IMG/VR virus record: IMGVR_UViG_3300045988_065179
Location: 1-25,997 of that record
Reading direction: 5' to 3' (one strand)
DNA: 25,997 bases
Source of the DNA: a virus
Each line of letters starts with the position of its first letter. Within the stretch, counting starts at the first letter, position 1. Shown here piece after piece: positions 18,566 to 25,997 of the stretch. Both the position numbers and the translations under genes were made by a program. The notes beneath the pieces were generated by a model. The model made no database searches. It saw only the letters and a program-made list of their open reading frames with translations, and was not told the origin of the DNA.

Positions 18566-20749
18566 ATGGAAAATACTATTCTGCCTTACCTAAATGTATT
18601 AGAAGTAGATACAATTGATAAGTCAAATGTTACTAAGGTTCTAGTAATAGATAAAGATGATGAAGTTAAGGTTATGGATGGTTCTCAGTTAGGAACAAAC
18701 AGTTATTTTGATATTCAAAATAAACCTGCAATTAATGGAGTTGAGTTAAATGGAAATATTCCTTCTAAAGAATTAGGAATTCCTTCTATTGAAGATGTTG
18801 ATAATCAAATTACAGAGAAACTAGCTGACTATCCAACTAAAGAAGAGGTAACTGCAGAGATTACTGAAGCCACTGCTGGAAAGCAAAATACACTTGTTCA
18901 AGGTGATGGTATAGTAATTGAGGGTAATACTATTTCAGCAGATTATTCTACAATTAATAATAAGCCATCTTTAAATGGAACTGAATTATCTGGAGCAGCT
19001 TCAATCGTACCTGCCATTAATATTCAATCAGTCCCATCTAAAGTTACTTTAGCTCCTGTATTTGGTAATCAAACTGGAGAAGCAGTTGAACTTCCAATAT
19101 ATAATACAGAGACTAACCAAGCTGGTATTGTTAATGGCCCTCTATACGCACAATTAGCAGATAAATATACTAAAGCTGAAATTGATGCTTTAAATACAGC
19201 TATTAATAAAGAGATAGCTTCAAAACAGGGAACGCTTACAGCAGGAAAGAATATATCTATTATAGATAATGTAATCTCTGCTTTTGAGAATCATTTCTTA
19301 CTTAATTTAGATGAGAATGATCCTGTAAGACAGAAACATATCTATGACTTTATTAGAACTAATCTGGACTTCTATTTATTCTGCCAGATTACATATAAAG
19401 GTGATATTATAGTTATTCCTGTTGCAACTATTGAACATCCTGAAACTATTGATTTATATGGCTATTATTTCCAAGATAATGGTGTATTAGTAGTTATTAA
19501 TGCAATCTTAGTAAATAATGGTAATATGACTGTTAAAGTTACTGAGATTGATCCTATTAATAAAGGATATACTAAAGAAGAAGTAGATGCCAAACTTGAG
19601 GAAAAACAAGGAGTATTTGCTCCTCAAGCTCCATTAGCTTTTAATGAAGATAAGACTCAATTATCTGTAGATTTATCTACTTATGCAACTAATGATAAGG
19701 TTAATACATTAGAAACTTCTTTAGAAGGAAAAATAGATCTAAAACAAGATAAAGGAGATTATGCTTTAAAGAGTGATATTCCAACTAAAGTTAGTGAGCT
19801 TACTAATGATTCTAACTTTGTAACTGAAGCAGAGGTTTCTGGAGATTTAGCAGGTAAAGCAGATAAGACTTATGTTGATGAGCAGCTTGCTACTAAACAG
19901 CCTGTAGGAGATTATGCAACAAAAACAGAACTTGCTGGTAAAGCTGATTCTTCTGTGGTAGAATCTTTATCTACTCAAGTAGCAACTAATACTTCAGACA
20001 TATCAATTATTAAAACAAAGCAAGAAGAAGATGGAAATAAGATTGATTCTCTTGATAAAGAGATGGCTACTAAGCAAGATTTACTTGTAAGTGGAACTAA
20101 TATCAAAACAATCAATAGTCAGTCTTTACTTGGAGAAGGTAATATAGAAATTAAAAGTGGTTCTAATATTCCATTTCTATTTATAAATTCCATTACTCAT
20201 CTTTCTGGAGATTTCGCTGCTGTTAAGAATGCTATAGCTAATAAAACACCATTTGAGCTTTATTATGTAAATATTCTAGGTTATGGTGATATAGCAGCTC
20301 CAGAAGTATGTTTTGTTTCAGGAGAAAGTATTCAAGCTACTTTCCATTTTGAAAGTACTACAGCTAATCATACTGTAGTTCAAACTACTATTACTCCAAC
20401 TGGAGTATCAGCAAATACTAGTTATCATAGTTATCAAGAGCAACTAGTTTCTGGTACTAATATAAAGACTATTAATGGTGAAAGTATTTTAGGAGAAGGT
20501 AATCTTGAAATATCTGGAGGTGGAGGGACTACTGACTATACTCAGTTAACAAATAAACCTCAGATTAATTCTGTTGAGTTATCTGGCAATAAGAGTTTAT
20601 CAGATTTAGGTATTCAGCCTGCTGGAAACTATATTGAAGCTGGAACTGGAACCCAACCTCAAATAAATACTATTACTGTTCTAACTCAATCAGAGTATGA
20701 TGGTTTATCAACTAAAGATCCTAATACACAATATTTAATTGTAGAATAA
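18566..20749 (+). CDS. tail fibre protein (727 aa)
   Basis: The motif 'NKPxINGxELxG' occurs three times and 'LVSGTNIKTINxxSxLGEGNxEI' occurs twice. These motifs resemble tail-fibre repeats, a judgement made by eye. It is an intact ORF with no Trp residue. Confidence 0.85.
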   Translation: MENTILPYLNVLEVDTIDKSNVTKVLVIDKDDEVKVMDGSQLGTNSYFDIQNKPAINGVELNGNIPSKELGIPSIEDVDNQITEKLADYPTKEEVTAEITEATAGKQNTLVQGDGIVIEGNTISADYSTINNKPSLNGTELSGAASIVPAINIQSVPSKVTLAPVFGNQTGEAVELPIYNTETNQAGIVNGPLYAQLADKYTKAEIDALNTAINKEIASKQGTLTAGKNISIIDNVISAFENHFLLNLDENDPVRQKHIYDFIRTNLDFYLFCQITYKGDIIVIPVATIEHPETIDLYGYYFQDNGVLVVINAILVNNGNMTVKVTEIDPINKGYTKEEVDAKLEEKQGVFAPQAPLAFNEDKTQLSVDLSTYATNDKVNTLETSLEGKIDLKQDKGDYALKSDIPTKVSELTNDSNFVTEAEVSGDLAGKADKTYVDEQLATKQPVGDYATKTELAGKADSSVVESLSTQVATNTSDISIIKTKQEEDGNKIDSLDKEMATKQDLLVSGTNIKTINSQSLLGEGNIEIKSGSNIPFLFINSITHLSGDFAAVKNAIANKTPFELYYVNILGYGDIAAPEVCFVSGESIQATFHFESTTANHTVVQTTITPTGVSANTSYHSYQEQLVSGTNIKTINGESILGEGNLEISGGGGTTDYTQLTNKPQINSVELSGNKSLSDLGIQPAGNYIEAGTGTQPQINTITVLTQSEYDGLSTKDPNTQYLIVE

Positions 20750-20750
20750 T

Positions 20751-21872
20751 ATGAATATTAGAGATGATTTAAAAACATTTTATGTAGGTGACAGACAAGG
20801 TACTGCTATTTATGTCGGCAGTACCAAAGTCTGGCCTATCAATCCTTGTAATCCACAGATGGTTACAGTTGCTAATCCAGTTCCTCAAGGTACTACAATA
20901 GTTGATTCTTGCAGTTATGTATTTAGCAGTTATGATGGAACTGCAGATGATATACAAAGGGATTGAATGGGTAGAGGATCTGGTTCTAATTCTACAGTAA
21001 TTAGCTTCACTGCTGATTTAAGTGAATTAGCCCTTAATATAGATGGTGTACCTCTTTGTAGTATTATAGGTTCTGCTCAAACATATGCAGATGTAAAGTT
21101 AAATAGTGGAGATTTAAGTAGAAAAGGAGGGTTTTTTAACACATCTCATTTTGATCTAAATAACCAGGAGATTACTAATCTTAATGAAGCATATGGAAGA
21201 TGGTCTAGTGAATCTCAATTTTGGGGTCAAACAATACATAGTGCTACTTTATCTAATGTTAAAATACCTACAACTACTAAAGAAGTAAGTGCAAATTATT
21301 TATTTATTGGAGTAAAAATAGATAATAATGATTTCTCTGTAATGAATAATTTTCAAAATCTTGTATTAGTAGATCCAAAATGGGCATTTGCAGATACAGC
21401 TGATGGAGCTACTAATATAGATAATATAACGATTAATATTCCCTTTAAAGGAGATTGTAATCATATGTTTCATAGAGCATTATATCTAACAACTATTCCA
21501 AGTAATTTTACCTTTACTGGAATTACAGATATAAGCTATATGTTTAGTACTTGTAGTAGATTAACAGCTACACCAGAAATAGATTGTCATCTTGTTACAG
21601 ATTGTACTAGTTTTGCTGCAAATTGTCCAGAATTAGTTACTGTAGGAGCTTTAAATGGATTAGGAGAGAGTTTAACTAAAGGAGGAATTCTTTATTTTGC
21701 ACAATCTCCAAATCTATCTACGGATTCATTACAAACTATAGCAGAATCTATTGGCACAGCAGTAGCTTCTTATACAAGTATATCATTAAAATCTACTGCA
21801 TATGATAAACTTACAAATGAACAGAAATCATTAATAGCTTCAAAGAATTGAAGTATAAATCGAGTTGCATAA
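20751..21872 (+). CDS. receptor-binding protein paralog 2 (373 aa), BspA-like LRR type
   Basis: The 20751 and 20967 ORFs are joined by the TGA at 20964. The TGA at 21849 extends the C-terminus to '...LTNEQKSLIASKN[W]SINRVA', ending in TAA at 21870-21872. Confidence 0.7.
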
Positions 21873-21874
21873 TT

Positions 21875-22111
21875 ATGAAAATTGAAATTAAAGAAAAATA
21901 TAAAGTAGTTAGTCCAGAAGAAGGTTATGTACTTACTAACTATAAAGAAGGAATGGATATTAAAACATATAGTTCATTTACCGAATGTATCTGTCCTTTA
22001 AGTTGCGATTTAGAGCATCTATCAGAAGTCTCTTTAGATAAAGATGCTGAATATAAAGAATTAGCTATTAAAGCTTCTAAAGAGTATGAGGAATCAATAA
22101 AAGTTAGATAA
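21875..22111 (+). CDS. small conserved protein paired with paralog 2 (possible fibre chaperone)
   Basis: It is a paralog of 18345..18560. I prefer the start at 21875 because the code-4 upstream gene ends at 21872. Confidence 0.55.
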   Translation: MKIEIKEKYKVVSPEEGYVLTNYKEGMDIKTYSSFTECICPLSCDLEHLSEVSLDKDAEYKELAIKASKEYEESIKVR

Positions 22112-22113
22112 TT

Positions 22114-23136
22114 ATGATTATACTTAAGAATACTAAAAATACACAAACTTTCTATGTTAGTAAGAAATGTGGTATTGAATCTGGACAACTTCCTGTTGGT
22201 TCTTATACTAAGATTGAAGCAGATGAAAGATTCCAACCTAAAGGTGTTGCTGTATCAGATTCCGATACCTTTAGAAGCTATGCAGATAAGATAGGACAGA
22301 TTTCTGGAGGTGGTGGAGGAAAGATTAATTTAAATGATTATGGATTAACATTTGCACATTCTAGTATGACACAAGAGCAATATAATAATATAGAATATTC
22401 TCTTCCAGATAATATAAATTATTGATTTGATGGGACTAATTTCATATCTACAATAGATATATCAAGTCATATTGATCTGTCTAAAGTATATAACGCATCA
22501 TATGCCTTCCAAAACACATATAATATATATATTGATAATATAAGAACTAGTGTTGGGGATTCGTATGCATTTTCTGGATTTCAAGGCACACTAAATAATT
22601 TAGAATTAATTAATACCTTATCCTCTAGTTGAAATTATGCAGCAAGAACATTCTTTAATGCTTCTAATTTACCAACTACTTTAAAAGTGATAAATGAAGT
22701 TGATACTGGTGTATCAGCTTTACAATTTTTCTTTTATTCTGTTAGCAGTAATGTTCCTGAAATTGAAGTTATTAATGGACAACTATCTTTATATAATTAC
22801 TTTAGTTCATATAATGAGGGTGTTACAACAGTAGGAAAAATTAAATTAAATAATTGCACATTAACAGGAGATCTAAATAAAACTTCAATATGTGCATCTA
22901 CTAATACTATTGTTACTTATTTTGGGGGTGTTGAAGGAGCTGATAAAAGTATGAATTTAGCAAATTTTAGAGCACTAAATAGTCAATCAGTAACTGATAT
23001 TATTACAAATGTTAGTGATTTAACTGGAAAGGATACCAAAACTTTAACTTTTTATACTAACATTTATAATGCACTTACTGAAGAACAGAAATCATTAGCT
23101 ACATCTAAAAACTGAACTTTAGCAAGTTCAAACTAA
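22114..23136 (+). CDS. receptor-binding protein paralog 3 (340 aa), LRR-like
   Basis: The 22114 and 22687 ORFs are joined through TGAs at 22423 and 22630. The TGA at 23113 extends the C-terminus to '...LTEEQKSLATSKN[W]TLASSN', ending in TAA at 23134-23136. Confidence 0.7.
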
Positions 23137-23170
23137 TTGTCTATTTTTATTTTTTCTTAGTACTTTGAGT

Positions 23171-23186
23171 GAGTAAAAACTTGACA
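23171..23186 (+). promoter_or_regulatory. conserved intergenic motif GAGTAAAAACTTGACA, copy 4
   Basis: This is the identical 16-mer, ending 93 nt upstream of the ATG at 23280. Confidence 0.5.
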
Positions 23187-23213
23187 TTAAAGGAGGCTTA
23201 GGTCTCCTTTAAT
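23186..23213 (+). terminator. perfect 10-bp hairpin (ATTAAAGGAG / CTCCTTTAAT, 8-nt loop) next to motif copy 4
   Basis: I read the inverted repeat directly from the sequence, and TATTTTAAT follows it. Its position relative to the motif matches the hairpin at 5329, but the stem sequence differs. Confidence 0.4.
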
Positions 23214-23279
23214 TATTTTAATACATTAGTAAATTGGTTTATATTTTAAGAAAAAGATATGTAAAACTAATGTAAAATT

Positions 23280-23858
23280 ATGCAAAGTGGAACAATTTAT
23301 AAAATAACTAATTTAATAAACAATAAGATTTATATTGGAAAAACTACCAGAGATATTAAACGTAGGTTCATTGAGCATAAACTGAAAGCAAAATCTGGTT
23401 TGGATTATCATTTAAGTCGAGCTATTAGAAAATATGGAGATAAAAATTTTATTATCGAAACTATACAGGTATTTTGTTGTACCTCAGAAAGTTTATTAAA
23501 TAGAAAATTAGATGAAGCTGAAAAGAAATATATTAATTTATTTAATTCTAAAATAAATGGATATAATATGACAGATGGAGGAGATGGTGGATTTGGACAT
23601 ATAATAACTGAGGAAACGAGAAAAAGATTGTCTGAAGCAAAAAGAGGAGAAAAGAATCCAAATTACGGCAAACATACTAGTAATTATTGTAGATCTGGAG
23701 AATTTCATCCTCTATATGGAAAATCAAGAAGTGAGGAATGTAAACAAGCTATGAAAGAAGCTTGAAAGACTAGGCCAAATCCCAAATATAAATATATTCT
23801 CAGATACTCTTTAGATGGAAAACTAATTAAAAAATATATTTGAAAATATGAATTATAG
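23280..23858 (+). CDS. free-standing GIY-YIG homing endonuclease (copy 1)
   Basis: 'GTIYKITNLINNKIYIGKT' is the GIY-YIG motif, with NUMOD3-like 'GEKNPNYGKH' and 'HPLYGKS'. In-frame TGAs lie at 23763 and 23841. The C-terminus is 'KKYIWKYEL' and the stop is TAG at 23856-23858. Confidence 0.85.
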
Positions 23859-24240
23859 TCTTGTTCTTCAGCATACTGTAACAAAACAAATTTATACATT
23901 TAATCTTGAAAATCAGAATTATTCTGAGAATATCTACTATAAGTTTGATATTACACTTCAAGAAGGAATGAGAGACGGTGAATATCAATATATTTTATTT
24001 ACTAATCCAAATAAATTTCAAGTTATAGTTGATGTAAACAATCCATTTAGATCAGAGTTATATGGCAATCCAGTTATTCTGGTTACATATAATAATACTC
24101 TTACTAATGGTACTCAGATATTAGTTGCTGGTAAACCAATACCTATATTGGGAACAGGATTAATAAGAATTGGAGATTATGAGAATAATAATTATCAATA
24201 CGACAAACCTAATACATACGTAAGTTATGAGCGAAAATAA
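23848..24240 (+). CDS. hypothetical protein (130 aa)
   Basis: This is an intact ORF whose start is embedded in the 3' end of the GIY-YIG gene. Its end overlaps the portal gene start. No family was recognised. Confidence 0.55.
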   Translation: MNYSLVLQHTVTKQIYTFNLENQNYSENIYYKFDITLQEGMRDGEYQYILFTNPNKFQVIVDVNNPFRSELYGNPVILVTYNNTLTNGTQILVAGKPIPILGTGLIRIGDYENNNYQYDKPNTYVSYERK

Positions 24241-25318
24241 AACAAAAGTTCAGTTAAGTGCTATTGATCCATTTATTGCAAGTAATATCGTATTACCTAC
24301 AGAAACTAAAGTGAGGGGAAAAGATTATGTAATGTGGGGAGAAGATAACAAATATCCATTATATCTATGGGATTTATATTTAAATGTTGCCACTCTCCAA
24401 TCTATTATTAATGGTTCTGCTGACTTTATTGTTGGTAACGATGTTAAATGTAATGCTCCAGGATTTGAAGTAGTTGTAAACAAGAAAGGTGAAACAATAG
24501 TTGATATAATGAGAAAAATCACTATTGATAAGATGATATTTGGAGGTTATGCTATCCAAGTAATTAGAGATATGCTCGGAAGAGTTGCAGAGATCTATCA
24601 TATTGATTTTATGAATGTAAGGTCAAGCGAAAAGAATGATATATTATATTATGCAACTGATTGGACAGCTTGGTCTGTAAAAGCTATAAAATATCCAAAA
24701 TTTGGAGCTGGGGATGAAAATCCAGCTAGTATATTTTATAATAAAGGTTATATAACAAGAGGAGTATATCCTATTCCTGTTTATGGAGCTGCTATTTTAT
24801 CTTGTGAAACTGAGAAAAATATTAATGAATTCCATTTAAATAACATCAATAATGGATTTATGGGTAATCTTATTATTAACTTTAATAATGGGGAACCTAC
24901 AGATGAAATTAGAGAGGAGATTGAGAGGAATATTAATGAGAAGTTCTCTGGTTATCAGAATGCTGGCAGAATATTGATTTCATATAATGCAGATGAGGCA
25001 AATAAGACTACTATTGAAAGATTAGATTCTGATGATTTTGATGAGAAATATCAATCATTATCTGAGAGAACCAGAGATCAAATATTCTGTGCCTTCAGAG
25101 CTAATCCTTCGTTGTTCGGTTTAAACTATAGCTCAGGATTTAATGAAAATGAGTTTAATGAAGCATTTAAGCTATATAATCGTACTTTTGTACGCCCAAT
25201 ACAATCAGAAATTTGTGACTCATTTGATAAAATCTTCGGCATTAAGAATAGTATTACTATTGAACCATTTAGTTTAACTCCAAAAGGAATGTCAGACAAT
25301 GCAGAAAATGTTGAATAA
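24227..25318 (+). CDS. portal protein (PBSX/Phage_portal-like, 363 aa)
   Basis: The length and the sequences 'WGEDNKYPLYLWDL...LQSIINGSADFIVG' and 'SLSERTRDQIFCAFRANPSLFGL' are typical of the small portal family. There is no TGA; all four Trp codons are TGG. Confidence 0.7.
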   Translation: MSENKTKVQLSAIDPFIASNIVLPTETKVRGKDYVMWGEDNKYPLYLWDLYLNVATLQSIINGSADFIVGNDVKCNAPGFEVVVNKKGETIVDIMRKITIDKMIFGGYAIQVIRDMLGRVAEIYHIDFMNVRSSEKNDILYYATDWTAWSVKAIKYPKFGAGDENPASIFYNKGYITRGVYPIPVYGAAILSCETEKNINEFHLNNINNGFMGNLIINFNNGEPTDEIREEIERNINEKFSGYQNAGRILISYNADEANKTTIERLDSDDFDEKYQSLSERTRDQIFCAFRANPSLFGLNYSSGFNENEFNEAFKLYNRTFVRPIQSEICDSFDKIFGIKNSITIEPFSLTPKGMSDNAENVE

Positions 25319-25961
25319 TTATACAGTGTACTGCCATAAGAATATAGCTGATAATAAATTATATTTTGGAATAACATCACTTACTTTAAATAATAGATGG
25401 GGAACTAAAGGTCAAGGTTACAAGAATAATCTTTATTTTAGCAGAGCAATTAAAAAATATGGTTGAGATAATTTTGAGCATATTATAATTAGAGATAATC
25501 TTCCAGAAGCTTGTGCTAAGACTTTAGAAAAGATTCTGATTTATAAGTATAATACTAGAAATCCAAAATATGGGTATAATTTAACTGATGGAGGAGACGG
25601 TACTTGTGGATATTCTTTTTCACAAGATTATAAAGATAGTCTTAGAATTATAAGATCAGGAGAAAATAACTCATTTTATGGTAAACAGCATTCAGATGAA
25701 AGCAAGCGTAAAATGAGGGAGGCAAGATTAGGCAAAACTCCTTGAAATAAAGGTATGAAACTCTCAGATAAAGAAAAACAACTAATTTCAGAACGTCAGT
25801 GCAAAAAAGTATATAAGTATGATTTAGATGGTAATTTTATTTGTGAGTATAAATCAGCTAAGGAAGCTGGAGAGAAGAATAATGTAGATTCTTCTAGTAT
25901 ATCTAGATCTTGTAGAAAAAATAAACCCTGCAAAAATTATAAATATTATTATGGAATATAG
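25308..25961 (+). CDS. free-standing GIY-YIG homing endonuclease (copy 2, 217 aa)
   Basis: The ATG at 25308 lies inside the end of the portal gene. The protein has 'YTVYCHKNIADNKLYFGIT', 'YGYNLTDGGDG', NUMOD3-like 'NSFYGKQHSDESK' and 'GKTP[W]NKG', and a C-terminal HTH-like region. In-frame TGAs lie at 25464 and 25743. The stop is TAG. Confidence 0.85.
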
Positions 25962-25997
25962 AAATGTACTATTAATATCTGAAGATTATATAAAATC
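25951..25997 (+). CDS. 3'-truncated ORF starting inside the end of the GIY-YIG gene
   Basis: From ATG 25951 the frame ('MEYRNVLLISEDYIK...') stays open to the window edge. It has the same embedded-start layout as the genes downstream of the other endonuclease genes. Confidence 0.3.
   Translation, partial: MEYRNVLLISEDYIK

Noticed and set aside
17940-23136. A diversity-generating retroelement or invertible shufflon acting on the three paralogous receptor-binding C-termini.
   Set aside because: There is no reverse transcriptase or invertase gene in the window. There is no near-identical template/variable repeat pair, and the paralogs differ at all base types throughout. All cassettes have the same orientation and no flanking inverted repeats.
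5129-23279. tRNA (including a suppressor tRNA), other small RNA genes, or a CRISPR array in the intergenic gaps 5275-5395, 14237-14428, 17133-17223 and 23137-23279.
   Set aside because: I found no cloverleaf-compatible arms or T-loop (GTTCGAATC-like) sequences, and no arrays of spaced direct repeats. The gaps are accounted for by the motif, the hairpins and one terminator. This was checked by eye only, so a tRNAscan-type run is still advisable.
959-25380. Minus-strand track ORFs of 61-129 aa: 959..1150, 8046..8231, 13879..14127, 15140..15427, 16079..16300, 17487..17690, 17964..18353, 20769..20957, 21940..22236, 23705..23899, 24325..24522, 24380..24601 and 25126..25380.
   Set aside because: Each lies entirely antisense to a well-supported + strand gene. 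Their composition is low-complexity and rich in I, F, S, N and L, as expected for shadow frames in AT-rich DNA. None has a recognisable motif.
1-25997. Reading the fragmented ORFs as pseudogenes in a decaying prophage.
   Set aside because: All interruptions are TGA and none is TAA or TAG. The reading frame is preserved across every break I checked. TGA aligns with TGG in paralogs within the window. Decay would produce mixed stop codons and frameshifts.
1-25997. Alternative readings of TGA as Gly (code 25) or selenocysteine.
   Set aside because: TGA falls at positions that paralogs encode with TGG (LEWCT, KRW, KNW) and in typical Trp contexts such as GYIWKY and WW. I saw no SECIS-like element repeated next to the roughly 47 sites.

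Overview
The window is an AT-rich, single-orientation block of tailed-phage packaging and virion genes. All credible genes are on the + strand. Its main feature is that the six-frame track, made with the standard code, breaks most large genes into same-frame pieces separated only by TGA, never by TAA or TAG. Reading TGA as Trp (genetic code 4) merges the pieces into complete genes that all end in TAA or TAG. I count about 47 in-frame TGA codons by hand.

Under code 4 the gene order is:
- a 5'-partial ORF, a nuclease-like ORF and an HNH endonuclease
- a sigma factor split into two overlapping ORFs, then a second HNH endonuclease
- a small membrane protein, an unknown ORF, a small-terminase-like gene and the large terminase
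- a chaperone-like gene with a U9 slippery site and an open -1 frame
- a morphogenesis protein and a 726-aa tail protein
- a third HNH endonuclease and a 1119-aa tail/baseplate protein
- a 780-aa tape-measure-like protein
- an XkdF-like protease, a scaffold protein, the major capsid protein and a tube-like protein, followed by an intrinsic terminator
- three paralogous LRR-type receptor-binding genes, two with a small partner ORF, surrounding a 727-aa fibre
- a GIY-YIG endonuclease, an unknown ORF, the portal gene and a second GIY-YIG endonuclease

Other notable points:
- The head-gene block has no TGA and is richer in G+C than its neighbours.
- An identical 16-nt motif, GAGTAAAAACTTGACA, occurs three times in intergenic DNA, with a fourth degenerate copy. 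Palindromes of unrelated sequence sit next to three of the four copies.
- Five free-standing homing endonuclease genes overlap their neighbours' start or stop codons.

I found no tRNA (including no suppressor tRNA), rRNA, CRISPR array, integrase or recognisable lysis cassette in this window. Product names come from motif recognition by eye, not from database searches.
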